Both the position numbers and the translations under genes were made by a program. A stretch of 64,000 bases of DNA, taken from Squalus acanthias (taxonomy: Eukaryota). The DNA lies in NCBI GenBank assembly GCA_030390025.1, contig CM059432.1, positions 124,374,001 through 124,438,000 of the forward strand, in the 5' to 3' direction. Positions 25,656 through 38,285 of this stretch are shown piece after piece. The notes under the pieces are model-generated. The model saw only the letters and a program-made list of their open reading frames with translations, was not told the origin of the DNA and ran no database searches. How positions within the stretch are numbered: the stretch's first letter is position 1; each line of letters starts with the position of its first letter.

Positions 25656-26059
25656 AACGTAACAGAGTATTGTTGCACTGGTTCCTTGTCATTGCATAAT
25701 TAGCATCCTGACGAAGGTTCCACAAAATCCTTCCCCACTACACCCCGCCCACCAAAGATTTGGCTTCTGGACAATCTTTGGCGCAAGCGTATTGTGTTGC
25801 AATAGGACCAGATGCATTGCTTTCTCAAGTGGCATGGTTCTCTGTGCTCTGGTGTACAGTTGAGTCAAAGAACACCACATTTTCTCTCTGACTGCAGCAC
25901 CAAAAATCTGGATTAAACGACCCCATTTCCGATATACTACGAACACAGAATTCAGAATTGAGTTTTTCCAGATTAAACTAGCGAAGACCAAATTCTTCAT
26001 TCGCTAGGTCTTGAACACATTCTTAAAAATATGTCATTGTAAAACTCCCTTTCTGGCTT

Positions 26060-26360
26060 ACTGAGTAAATCATTACTTAGCATCATGAGCCATACAAACC
26101 AGTCAGTTCCTCGGTTTCACCACTGGTCAATGTTGAGTTCATTGATATGAGTTGGCTCACTTTGAGCTAAGAACGAGAAAAAAAAAGCCATAGTTTCTGC
26201 TCTTAAACACTGTCCAGTGATCCATGATGGACAGTCCACACATGTGAATATTGGGAACGGAAAGGATTGAGTTCAACTGTGGTCAAATTGTCAGCCAACA
26301 ATCACAGTCTCAGCTCATATTTGAGCAAGCTATTGAAAGAACTAAACCTCAGCACTAACC
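26060..26360 (+). mobile_element. Old tRNA-derived SINE, degenerate
   Basis: GAGCCATACAAACCAG...GGTTTCACCACTGGTCAATGTTGAGTT, similar to 16547-16900. Confidence 0.4.
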
Positions 26361-26650
26361 ACTGTTTTCCGGATCGGAGGGGCAGTTATGCCATTGTTAC
26401 GTATAACTTGGTGGAATCAGTGTTGAAAAATATCAAATGTGTCAATGTATTGCCCTGTCTGTACCATGTGACAAAACTGTACAGTGACTACATATATGTA
26501 TGTTATACCTCACAGAAAGAACATTTTAAAAGTTATAAAAGAAAACCTAACTCCAATCAGTGCTGCTCTCAGCTACCTTATAGATAGCAAGATACTTCAA
26601 AGAATGCTTTGTCATCCTCTCTCTGCATGTATCGTAACTGTCAAGGCTTG

Positions 26651-27846
26651 GGGCTGGATTTTATGAACCTCGACGGGTCCATGGAGGGTGAAGTCGGTGA
26701 CGGGTCCCGACCCCGCTGCCAGCTCCATCCCAGCCACTGAAATGAATTTCCCCTCATTGGGCTTGTTAAGATCAGCCAGCGCGTTTCCCAGCCAATTAGA
26801 GGAAGCGGATCTGGTGACGTCATTCATGACACGTCATCAGCCGGTTTACTTAAAGGGACCATGGCCACCTTTCTTTTGAAATTTGTGCTGTCGGTGTTCT
26901 ACAGTATTGAGGTGCTGCAAACACTGACAAGCACTGCATAGAGGTGCAGGGCTGCACCCAGGCTCCCCCATGACTCCCTCCATATGGCTTGGGCATTGTA
27001 GGGATGCTTTATGGTGTTGGTGTGGGGCGGTGCCAACCTGGCGCATCATGTGGCAGCCAGGGTGTGCAGCGTCAAGTGAAGTAAATCTGGCCATGGTTAG
27101 GCCATCCCTGGTCTCCCGGGCAGCAATGTGGTCGGGTGCTGATGCCCTGTGTCCTGTGCAGCATCAGTTGATTGCGGAGAAGATTTGTGTTGTTGTTGGT
27201 GCTGCTGGTGTGCCAGGTGATGCTGGTGATGCTGGTGTTGTGGCTGATCATGCTGGGATTCTGGGGACCAAGGTGAGAGGGCTTCAAGGGCACCTTTGCT
27301 GATGGAATAGATGGCAGGTGAAGTACAGATGACAGAAGCGATCTGTCAATGGTGGGAGAGGTAATGAGGTCAGATTGGATGGAGACTTGTGTAAAGAGTT
27401 GCAACATCCTGAATCTGTAGTGGAAATGCAGTTTAGAGAAGCTTGTGGTTAAGGGAACATTTCTCAATCAGCTCTGAGCTTTGACTTGACATTTGAAGCT
27501 GTCAATTCATCAGCTGATTCAACGGCCACTGACCTCCCGCCTCAGCATCACAGACGAGGTCTAGGCACAGCGGGAAACTGGTGGGAGACCTGTCAAATCC
27601 AAAAAGCTGGGAAAAAAGCCATTGATAAGTTGGCTGCAAACAAGCCACTAATGATTTTAATTGCCCCCTCCACCGCTGCCTGTCGGGTCTGCTCAGCGCT
27701 GACAGACCCGACATTTAGCAAAGGAGTGTGGCGGCGGGTTCACAGCGGGATCCCAACCTGCTGGGGGAAAAAAAAAACTTTCCTACCCGACCCACCACTG
27801 ATCGCACCCACTGACCGCCCCCCCCCCCCGCCGCAAAATCCAGCCC
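26651..27846. mobile_element. Family-B Harbinger derivative, opposite orientation to 9005-10738
   Basis: Perfect 12-bp TIR GGGCTGGATTTT; TSD TTG. Confidence 0.92.
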
Positions 27847-27859
27847 TTGGTGTCCTCTG

Positions 27860-28092
27860 TGAGTCTGGCCATTCTACATGGCTTTCTCTGGGCAAAACTT
27901 TTCAGTTCACTGAACTACTTTGAAACCTACTCGATTATTTTATTGTGAGAGCTGTTTAACCACTCAGCAACCTCCTCCCTCTTCTTCAAGGTCCTGGGAT
28001 TGTTGGATTCATAATAGGCTCAAGGAGCTACCACATCCCCTAAGTTTCTCCTCCATCAGGAGCTCTACTTCCTGCTCTGTAAACTTTGGCAT
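27860..28092 (-). pseudogene. Ancient Myb/SANT-like relic (Harbinger ORF2 / NAIF1-type)
   Basis: PKFTEQEVELLMEE...KKREEVAEWLNS...E*VSK*FSELKSFAQRK, with stops. Confidence 0.45.
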
Positions 28093-29127
28093 CGTAATCT
28101 TGTAGCTAAAGATCTAATTTTGCGTAATTTTCTGATTGTAATATACTCAGTGGTAACTTTTGTTCTAAATTGAGAAATCAAAGTGAAGGCAATTTCTGGC
28201 AAATTAAACTACTTCAATCAATTGCTGCAAGTATATTTTCTTTGATGGCTTAACTATTTCTCAGCATGCACATACCCCACAGTAATTGGCATTCTCGTTG
28301 GGCAGCAATTATGCTTTATTGCCTTGCAGTACACCCAAACAGTGTTAACAGCTGGAGATTTGGGGCTCTGTTCCAAAAATGGTAAGTCTTACATAGTGTT
28401 TACAGCACAGAAACAGGCCAGTCGGCCCAACAGGTCCATGCTGGTGTTTATGCTCCACACGAGCCTCTCCCCACCCTTTTTCATCTAACCCCATCAACAT
28501 ATCCTTCTATTCCTTTCTCGCTCATGTGTTTATCTCGCTTCCCTTAAATGCATCTATGCTATTCGCCTCAACTACTCCCTGTGGTAGTGAGTTCCACATT
28601 CTAACCGTTCTCTTAGTAAAGAAGCTTCTCCTGAATTCCCTATTGGATTTATTAATGACTATCTTATATTTATGGCCCCTAGTTCTGGTCTCCTCGTAAG
28701 TGGAAACATCTTCTCTACGTCTATCCTATCAAACCCTTTCATAAACTTAAAGACCTCTATCAGGTCAGCCCTTAGTCTTCTCCTTTCTAGAGAAAAGAGC
28801 CCCAGCCTGTTCAATCTATCCTGATAGATATAACCTCTCAGTTCTAGTATCATTCTAGTAAATCCTTTCTGCAGATTCTCCAGTGCCTCTATATCCTTTT
28901 TTATACTATGGAGACCAGAACTGTTCACAGTACTTCAAGTGTGGTCTAACCAAGGTTCGATACAAGTTAAACATAATTTCACTGCTTTTCAATTCTATCC
29001 CTCTAGAAATGAACCCCTGTACTTTGTTTGCATTTTTATGGCCTTATTAACCTGTGTTACTACTTTTAATGATTTGTGTTTCTGTACCCCCAGATCTCTC
29101 TGCTCCTCTACCCCATTTAGACACCTA

Positions 29128-31807
29128 GGCCGGAATTTTTCGGGGGCTCAGGGGGCGCGTTTTGTGGTGGGTCGGCTGGGAATTAATTTTTTTTGACTGG
29201 GTAGGGACCTCGCTGTCAACCCGCCTCCACGCTAATCTCCCAGATGTCGGGTCTGTCATCGCAGAACAGACCAAACACCAAGCGGCGGGGGAGGCAATTT
29301 AGATCATTAGCTGGATTGTTAAGAGGCAATTAAATATTTTAAGCTCACCTTTAGATTTTTAGAGTTCGCCAACAGCTTCCCCGCTGCTCGGGGATCACGT
29401 CAGGTAAGGAGGGTGGGTGTTGTGTCAGCATGGGATGATTTCTAAACTTGACAGCTGCAAATGGTCTTTAAAAGCTCCCATTTCATAGGTCTTCACTTTC
29501 CAAGGTTAGAAGCTGTTGCTTGCTGCATTTTTTTTATTTGTTTATGGGATAGGGTTGTCGCTGGCAAGGCCAGCATTTATTGCGCATCCCTAATTGCCCT
29601 TGAGAAGGTGGTGGTGAGCCGCCTTCTTGAACCGCTGCAGTCCGTGTGGTGATGGTATTCCCACAGTGCTGTTAGGAAGGGAGTTCCAGGATTTTGACCC
29701 AGCGACGATGAAGGATCGGCGATATACTTCTAAGTCAGGATGGTGTGTGACTTGGAGGTGGTGGTGTTCCCATGCGCCTGCTGCCCTTGTCCTTCTAGGT
29801 GGAAGAGGTCGCGGGTTTGGGAGGTGCTGCCGAAGAAGCCTTGGCGAGTTGCAGCAGTGCATCTTGTAGATGGTACACACTGCAGCCACGGTACACCAGT
29901 GGTGGAGGGAGTGAATGTTTAAGGTGGTGATGGGTTGCCAATCAAGTGGGCTGCTTTGTCCTGGATGGTGTCGAGCTTCTTGAGTGTTGTTGGAGCTGCA
30001 CTCATCCAGGCAAGTGGAGAGTATTCCATCACACTCCTTCCTTGTGCCTTGTAGATGGTGGAAAGGCTTTGGGGAGTCAGGAGGTGTGACACTCGCTGCA
30101 GAATACCTAGTCTCTGACCTGCTCTTGTTGCCACAGTATTTATGTGGCTGGTCCAGTTAAGTTTCTGGTCAATGGTGACCCCCCAGGATGTTGATGGTGG
30201 GGGATTTGGCGATGGTAATGCCGTTGAATGTCAAGGGGCGGTGGTTAGACTCTAGCTTGTTGGAGATAGTCATTGCTTGGCACTTCTGTGGGGCGAATGT
30301 TACCTGCCACATATCAGCCCAAGCCTGAACATCGTCCAGGTCTTGTTGCATGTTGAACACTGTGCAGTCATCAGCGAACATCCCCATTTCTGACCTCATG
30401 TTGGAAGGAAGGTCATTGATGAAGCAGCTGAAGATGGTTGGGCCTAGGAAGACAGATTGAGCTTTATGCAGGTCGCAAGTGTTTGGAGCAAACTCTGTAT
30501 CCAGTGTCACCTCATTGGAACAACCTCTCTCACCATTGACAGATCGCTTCTGTCATCTCAACTTCACCTGCCATCTATTCCATCAGCATCGGTGCCCTTG
30601 AAAAATTCTCACCTTGGTCCTCAGAATCCCACCACGATCAGCCCCAACACCAGCAGCATCAGGCACACCAGCAGCTCCAACAGCAACACCAACCTTCTCC
30701 GCAATCAGCTGGTGCTGCACAGGACACAGGGCATCAGCACCCGACCACATTGCTGCCCGGGAGGGCAGGGATGGCCTCACCATGGCCAGATTTACTTCAC
30801 TTGACGCTGTACACCCTGGCTGCCACATGATGCGACAGGTTGGCACCACCCCACACCAACACCATAAAGCATCCCTACAATACCCAAGCTATTCATTGCA
30901 GAGGATACCGTTATGACTCACCATTCACTGCAACTCACTAACCCACTTCCAAAGGTGCACACAAATCTGTCCAAGAACACAAAGCGTTGAAAATAAAGAT
31001 TTCAATGTTTGACGGAACATTAACACAAACTTCACATAAATATTGTCCAAAACATTCAAGTGCCTACCCTTGTGTGTCGTTAGTTGATATGATTGGACTA
31101 GGATGAGGGTGAGTGTGAGGGGTGGCTAGTGAGATGGGGAAGTGATAATATAGATAGAGAGGGATGGGTGGAAGTGCAAGGTAAGTTGGTGTGAGTAAGG
31201 ATGTGCAGGAGAAGGGTAGGGAAGGCAGAGTGATGGGGATGTAATGAGTGGCACAGCAGATGAGGTTGAGTGTGGCTTTGCAGTAACTTTTCATGATCTA
31301 CTGAGATCATTGAAAGGTTTGCACCACTGCAGCCTGGTCGTCCTGGCGACATCCCTGCTTGTGTCCTCCTGTGCAATGTGTAACCAGGCTGCTTTGATCT
31401 CCTGGGGAGGTCTCTTCCGCTCATGGGAATGGAAGAGAACCTCCCTGTGTGCTGTGACTCCCTCCATAAGCATACGGAGGGAGTCATGGGAGAACCTTGG
31501 TGCAGCTGTGCACCTCTGTGCAGTGCTCGTCAGTATTTGCAGCACCTCAATGCTGTAGAACACTGACAGCAGAACTGTCAAAAACAATTTGCGCACGGTC
31601 CCTTTAAAGAAACCGGCTGATGATGCGTCATCAAGTGACATCATCAGACCCGCTTCCTTCAATTGCCGGAAAACGCACTGGGTGGGCTTAACAAGCCTAA
31701 TCAGCATAAAATTCTTTTCACAGAGCGGGATGGAGCCAGCAGCGTGGTCGCACCCCGCCACCGACCCTGGCCGCCCCGGACCCACCAAGGTAAGGAAAAT
31801 CGTGGCC
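29128..31807. mobile_element. Family-B Harbinger derivative with a nested LINE and a Myb exon remnant (~31290-31530, minus)
   Basis: TIRs GGCCGGAATTTT / AAAATCGTGGCC; flanks CTA/TTA; AAPRFSHDSLRMLMEGV...AAWLHIAQE...FNDL. Confidence 0.85.
29527..30452 (-). mobile_element. CR1/L2-group LINE 3' fragment, second lineage with A-rich tail
   Basis: LGPTIFSCFINDLP...MFADDC, YKAQGRSVMEYSPLAW, WNSLP; tail ATAAAAAAA. Confidence 0.88.
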
Positions 31808-32959
31808 TTATTTTCCAAGAGTATGTTGCCTCCTTATTCTTCCTACCACAATGTACCACCTCACACTTATCTATATTAAAGTTAAATTGCCAATTACACG
31901 CCCATGCTGCAAGTTTATTAATGTCTTCCTGTATTTTGTCGCAGTCGACCTCTGTATTAACTGTACCCCCTCAATTTGGTGTCATCCATAAATTTTGAAT
32001 ACATCCACTTCTCGAATCCAAATTGTTTCTGTAAATGGTGAATGAGAGTGGTCCCAGCACCGATCCTTGTGTGATACCACTGACACCACGTCCCTTCTTT
32101 TGCCAGTCTGAGAACTACATTTAAGCCCTACTCTCTGTTTTCTGTTTTGCAGCCAGCTTGCTATCCATTCTGCTACTTGTCCCCGGACTCCACATGTTCT
32201 GACCTTAGTCATGAGTCTTCTATGCGTTACCTTATCGAAGGCCTTTTGAAAATCCAAATATATTATGTCTATTGTATTACCCTTGTCTACCCTTTTTGTT
32301 ACTTATTCAAAGAATTCAATAAGGTTGGACAAGCAAGACTTATGAAATCTGTGTTGACTACTCTTTATTATATTTTCAGTTTTTATATGTTTTTCTATTG
32401 CATCTTTGAGTAAGGATTCCATTATCTTTCCTACCACCGTCATTAAGCTAATTGGTCTATAGATTAAGCTAATTGGTCTATAGTTCCCTGGACTTGTTCT
32501 ATCTCCCTTTTTAACTATATATAAATGACCACTCTAATAAAATTATTGTCACAATCAAGCACTCTAACTGGATGATTGCATTCCCTCTTGCATCTTGCAT
32601 TTACCAGTAATCCTAAAAGTTGGCAGATAGTCAATTAATTCTAAGACCTGGGCTTGTTCAGAGCGACATTCTAGTGGTACGTTGGACTTTCCAGTCAATA
32701 GAATTGTCACCAGAGACACGGATTCAATTACAATTTGAAATAACAATAATAAAACTGCCTATGGAGAGTAACTATGTTGTGCAGCCAAATAGAAAAGCAC
32801 TGATAATCTGAATAAGGTATTACACACATTTTACAAAACTATGAGAGAGAAAAAAAGGGAAATATATTCCTCTGGATAAAATGGTAGATGGACTCTTTAA
32901 AAAAAAAAAGTGGCATTATTAGAAAGCTTCTTAGATTAACTTCTGAGTTACTTAGACTT

Positions 32960-33105
32960 AGCACTGTGGGAGCACCTTCACCACAGGGACTGCAGCGGTT
33001 CAAGAAGGCGGCTCACCATCACCTTCTCAACGGCAATTAGGGATGGGCAATAAATGCCGGCCTTGTCAGCAATGCCTGCATCCCATGAACGAATAAATTA
33101 AAAAA
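32960..33105 (+). mobile_element. Short 3' tip of the same LINE family
   Basis: GCAGCGGTTCAAGAAGGCGGCTCACCATCACCTTCTC...GAACGAATAAA matches the reverse complement of 29527-29670. Confidence 0.85.
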
Positions 33106-33675
33106 CTTGAGGCTCCAGTAAGGGTAAAGAGGAGCCAAAACCATCTATCAGAAGTCGGATTTCTTATTGGAGGACTGAGTATGATATACCTGGAAAGACC
33201 GGGGCCTAGAAATTCTCCGTTGTAACACCGACCGTTAAGGTCAGTTTTTGTTGAAAAAATGGCGTGTGCCTTGCTTCCACCTGCTTCCAGCGCGGGATAC
33301 GGTGGCCACCATTTTGGTGAGGGCCATAGCGTTGCCCTTGCCAGCGCTGACCTCTCAAGTTTAAATGCGTGCAACGCCTGACTTGATGCCATGACCTGCT
33401 ATTTTGGACGTCGCCGCACGCCATAACGTCCTCTCCAAACTACGCATGGAAGAACGTGCGTGTAGCAGCCCTGCAGAGATGCTGTTAGTGCTCCTTAAAG
33501 GGACACACACATCTTTCAGGTAAGTTTGGATTTCAGCTTTTGGACTGGATTTTAAAATATTTTTTGAAGTAGTGGCTTGGTGCTAGACACTTAAAAAGTT
33601 GTTAAAGTGTGCAGGGAGTGCAGGGTGTGCTGCTGGATGCTTGCAAGGCTTAGGATGTTAAAGGTAGGTCTGAGA

Positions 33676-34655
33676 AGACAGAAAATGTTGGAAATACTCA
33701 GCAGTTCAGGCAGCATCTGTGGAGAGAGAAACAGAGTTAATGGGCACGATCTTGCCAGCCTTGGGGAGGCGGGTATGGAGGCGGGACTGCCGGAAAAATG
33801 GCAGACTCTGGGGGCGGGTGCCCATCCCGCCCCCAACCCGCCTCTGTGCCATCTTCCCAGGAGGCGGGTAGCCGACCCGCGCCAGGTCCCGTCTCCTCGA
33901 GGTGGGAAGGGGATTACAGCCACTTAACTGTCTGTTAACAGGTAGTTAACAGGCAGTTAAGAGGATTATCCCCATTTTTCCAACAGAGGCGCGGGCTTCC
34001 CGATGTCGGGAAACCCGGCCAGGGTCACCGAGGCGAGCAGTGGGTCTGCGGGGGTCGGAGGGGTGCAAAAGTGCGCTGTGAAGGTAAGTGATGGGTGCAA
34101 ATGTGGAGAGGTAAGTACGTGAGGTGAGTGAAAAGTGATAGAAAATGTTTACTTACTTTTGTTTCTTCCTGCAGGCTTCAACAGTTGGGGATGCGGAGAG
34201 TCTCGCATCTCACCGGCAGAGATGGCTCCGATGCAACAACCATCTAATTTCTGCTAAAGAAAGAGGTTTGTTGAGTCTTGAATACAAGGACCCATCAAAC
34301 TACAGAGAATGTCAGTGTTTGACAGCTTCACAGAGCTGTCAAACGATGACAATTCACCTGTCAAAAATTTTTGACAGATGAAATGTCATACGCTGACGTT
34401 CTCTATAACCGGCTTACCCTTAATTGGCCTGCTAAGCCCGCTGGGCGGGCTTAACAAGGTCAATCAGGGAAAATAGCATGGGTTGGTCACAAGTCGATGG
34501 AGGCGGGACAGCGACCCGACAAGCAGCAGTCCCGCCTCCAACGCGCCCCCATTGACAAAATCGCCCCCAAAGTTTCAGGTTGAGATGCTGCCTGACGTGT
34601 TGAGTATTTCCAGCATTTTCTGCTTTTATTTCAGATTTCCAGCATCTGCATATTT
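33676..34655. mobile_element. Short fold-back Penelope-like terminal repeat (33676-33741 and 34569-34655), split by a MITE
   Basis: GGAAATACTCAGCAGTTCAGGCAGCATC and its reverse complement; same terminus as 50707-51664. Confidence 0.75.
33742..34568. mobile_element. Harbinger-type MITE with a family-B-related end
   Basis: TIRs GGGCACGATCTTG / CAAAATCGCCCCC; flanks AAT/AAA; CGCTGGGCGGGCTTAACAAG shared with family B. Confidence 0.75.
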
Positions 34656-35029
34656 GGCCTCTGAGAAGACCACTTGCTCACAGACCTGAGGGCACATGGA
34701 GATGAAGCAGAGGCAGCAAAGGGGACAAGCTGCTCGCAGAGGGAGGAGGAGGAAACAGAAGAGGGAGAAGGAAGGAGGCAACCCAGACAGCCCCTTTCTG
34801 GCTGGGATATCCAGGATTGAATCATCTGCCTGCGGTACCAGTGACCATAACCCCAATTCTCCTTTCAACATTTGTCCCACACCTTACCTTCCCTCTGTTA
34901 CTGATCATCACAGCGTCCTCTTGGCCACAATGCTGAAATAAAAGCCACCACAAAACAAACTTTCCAATCTAACTTTATCCATATATGCATCCAATATGAC
35001 ATCAAGAAATCTACTAATCAACCTTATGC

Positions 35030-35888
35030 ATTCTCTTAGTGACTGTCTTGTGTGTGTGCCTTTGTCTATCCTACTTATGACATGCAGTACTACCCCAGTG
35101 GCTGCAGCATGGCTGGTGGAAGGCTGCTGACTTTCAGTGGGGGACACTGCAGATGACCTTGAAGGCCGACCTCAAGGGGCTGGTGGCTGGGTGTGTGAAA
35201 TTGAGTGTTTCTTCTTCTTCTTCTTCACTCTCCTCTCCCTCTTCTTGGTCAAGCATTGGCTGGGCAGGCTGCATTTCTTGGGTGTCTGAAATGAGGAAGG
35301 CACAAGGTGGAGTTGAGAGGAGGGTGGGAAAGCAAAAGATGCATGCTTACACCATGCACAGCTTGTACATCAGATGAGATTGTGGGATGAGGAGGAAGTG
35401 GGGTGTGAGAAGGAGGATAACGTATGAGGATACCAGCATCTTGTATTCTTTCAGCTCCTTCACTGGCCAAAGGCTCAGCTATGCCCCTGCCAAGAATGGC
35501 CAGCACTATCTCCTCCAAGGGGGTAAGGTGAAGCTAGGAATGTTAGGTGTGCCTTGTGTTTGGTAGAGATTGTTGGTAGGTGAGTGATAGAGGCAGTGGG
35601 GAGTCGTGCATTGAGCAATGTGTGAGGCTAGTGGTGCAGTTGGTGAGAGACAGCTTTTAAAGATGCATTCACTGACCTTGACCACTGGTCTTTGGGCACT
35701 GGAGCCAGGTGGTGGGGGCGACACTGCTGGCAGTGACGGCCTCAGTGATATGGTCCCACATCGTCCTTTCAAGAGGTCCTCCTGGCCCCTGTGGGTAGAG
35801 GACCTCTCTTCCAGTGTTGACCCCCTGCACAAAGCTGGAGTGCTGCGTGTGAGACCCTGGGTGCCCTTTTCCTGGCCTGTTGAGCCAT
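35030..35888 (-). pseudogene. Harbinger Myb/SANT-like partner gene, intron-containing, degenerate
   Basis: ATG at 35888: MAQQARKRAPRVSHAALQ...REVLYP...MWDHITEAVTA...WLQC...VVK then GTCAGT; later MEEIVLAILG and tttcAG|ACACCCAAGAA. Confidence 0.75.
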
Positions 35889-36867
35889 TTGTGTTAGTGC
35901 TGAAGCACTTTTACCACTTTTTTACGTGCAGAAGGCAGTTCAGCTTTAAAAGCTGAAGACTGTCATTTTGGAATTATTTTTAATGGGTTTTTTTCAGAAG
36001 GCAGTTGAGCTCTAAGGACTAAAGACTGCCTACTCTTAAAAAAAAATATATTTTTTATTTTAGAAGGCATTTCCCCTTTAAGGGCTCGAGACTGCTTTCT
36101 AAAATGACAGGCTAGCTTTAAGAAAATGCTGTCTTGTTCCAGGGATGCTACAGCCATACTATATTGGGCCTCCTACTGAGCGTGCCACCCGAAACAGCGC
36201 GTTGCATGGTAGATTCTGCGCTGCAATCATTTAAATCAGCAGGCAGCACCAAAATAACAGCGCTGCCTGCGCTCTTTTTACAGGTGAGAGTTAACCTCAC
36301 CCCGCGGTGGCACCGGCCGTTTTCGGGCGTTATCGGATCTCTAGGCCCAAGAGTTTCAGTTTATCCAGAACCATTAGGCACAGGGATAATTGGAAGAATG
36401 ATTTACATATTTCCACGTGCTCATCCCGGAATTTAACCCAACATTAACTTTGAGCCCATTCCCAACAATGGGCCGGGGGGGGAGCGTGGTGGGGGGGTGG
36501 CGGTGGTGCAAGAGGAACTGCCCTGTCACACCTGGATATGAAGCTTTTACCACATAAATGATTTTGTGACCACAAACCCCTACATGGTAAATTCCGGTTC
36601 GCAGTAGGTCCTCGGGGAAAATGTACAGGTCAGAGGTCAATCCTTTCCCCACAATGAGTCCTGAAAGACTGCTCTTTTTGCGTATCGTGTTGGTTGATTG
36701 CTAAGCAGTACTAGATAAGGCCTAGGAGCAAGCTGCTAACTGTATCAGCTAGAGTATGGTTCTTGCTTCAGAAAGGGCAATGAGAGGAAAATATAAACAA
36801 TTTTACTAAATTAAAAATTGACAAAAAAGTCTATTTCCTTGTAAAAAAAAAACGTAAAACCGCCATA

Positions 36868-37000
36868 ATCATAGAATCATAGAAATTTACAGCACAGGAG
36901 GCCATTCGGCCCATCTTGTCTGTGCCGGCCGACAAAGAGCTAGCCACCCTAATCCACTTTCCAGCACTTGGTCCGTAGCCTTGTAGGTTCCGGCACTTCT
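36868..37000 (-). mobile_element. CR1 3' tip
   Basis: ATCATAGAATCATAGAA tail, then GGCCATTCGGCCCATC. Confidence 0.7.
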
Positions 37001-37837
37001 AATCTGTAATCTACCTGTCTTGTGCATGTGCCATCTGGTGTCTGGTGCTGCAAGATAGATAGATCAGAAAGCGTAGCCTGCTGGAAAACTAACAGCAACT
37101 CATCAAGATTTGCTGATGAATTTTCAGACATTAAAACGCATGGAGACCTATTAAGGGAACATTTTAATTCAGCCAGCAGTCCATCATCATACAGGAAAAG
37201 TCTCTGGGAATAAAAGAAGCCGTTACTCTCTACAACTTAAATCTTCGTCCTTTCAGCATGTGCCAGATAGCAGTGCACTATACCCCAGAAGATATTAACT
37301 ACATTTAGCACTGCATCTGATGATTTTAAATCGATTTTTTTAAACTCATACTACATGAAGTTAATGTTTTAAAAAGTATTTTAAAACTATTCTATTCTAG
37401 TGTGATATTGGTGGGCAACTAACATGATACCTTAGCTAGTTTAGTGAGTAAAAATGGTGCAAGAACATTATTGAAAATAAATAACCAATGAATTTGAATG
37501 CATGTGTGTTGTACTAGGTTCAGTAATTCAATGGTGTCTGGAAGTCAAAAGTACCTTTTTCTTGTTTTCATTTTTAAACTCCTTCAATGCCTTCTCAGAC
37601 TGTTGATCAATCCATTCTCTGCATTTCACTCTTTTCACTCACACTAGTGGTTGCAATTAATAGTGAAAGTGCTTGTTTCAACCATTGTGGCACTTCAGGA
37701 TGTTTGGCCATTTTTCCACAGAAAGGATTTGGAAAGGGATCATAGAATCATACAGCACAGAAGGAGGCCATTAGGTAATTAGTCCCACTCCCCTGCTCTT
37801 CCCATAATCCTACAAATTTATATCCAATTCCCTTTTG

Positions 37838-38095
37838 AAACCCGGGAGAGTTCAAAAGCAGCGTGAGCAGAGCGAGAGCGCCAAAACCCGGGAGAGTTCA
37901 AAAACAGCGGGAGCACCAAAACCCGGGAGAGTTCAAAAACAGCGGGAGCAGAGCGAGAGCACCAAAACCCAGGAGAGTTCAAAAACAGCGGGAGCAGAGT
38001 GAGAGCGCCAAAACCCGGGAGAGTTCAAAAACAGCGGGAGCAGAGCGAGAGCGCCAAAACCCGGGAGAGTTCAAAAACAGCGGGAGCAGAGCGAG
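37838..38095 (+). repeat. Tandem 46-bp monomers in the CR1 5' UTR (5-6 units, one shortened)
   Basis: Unit GGGAGAGTTCAAAAACAGCGGGAGCAGAGCGAGAGCGCCAAAACCC. Confidence 0.92.
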
Positions 38096-38285
38096 ATACA
38101 AAGGAGTGTAATGAAGTAAAAAGTAATCGAAGTGTGACATCACCAGAAAGCAGGTAAGTGATTGGTTGGTGAGTATTTCTCTGTTTCTCGCTTTTTTTCC
38201 AAACTTGAGTGTCTAAATTTAAGTGCCTTGGTGTAGATTAAAAGATATAAGTGTTCCAAATTTTAAAACTAATTAATTAATTGAG

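Larger units (their letters stand above)
28385..32512 (-). mobile_element. CR1 RT and 3' UTR, split by a family-B element (pieces 28385-29127, 31808-32512)
   Basis: MDFQKAFDKVTH...; RLNRLGLFSLERRRLRADL; CR1-type 3' UTR. Confidence 0.87.
33202..36348. mobile_element. Internally deleted Harbinger transposon with nested insertions
   Basis: TIRs GGGCCTAGAAAT / ATCTCTAGGCCC; transposase start fused to its end near 34750; Myb gene on minus. No matching TSD seen. Confidence 0.8.

Noticed and set aside
37838..38095. CRISPR-like repeat array
   Set aside because: Units are head-to-tail with no unique spacers, there are no cas genes, and the array is the 5' end of a CR1 in eukaryotic DNA.
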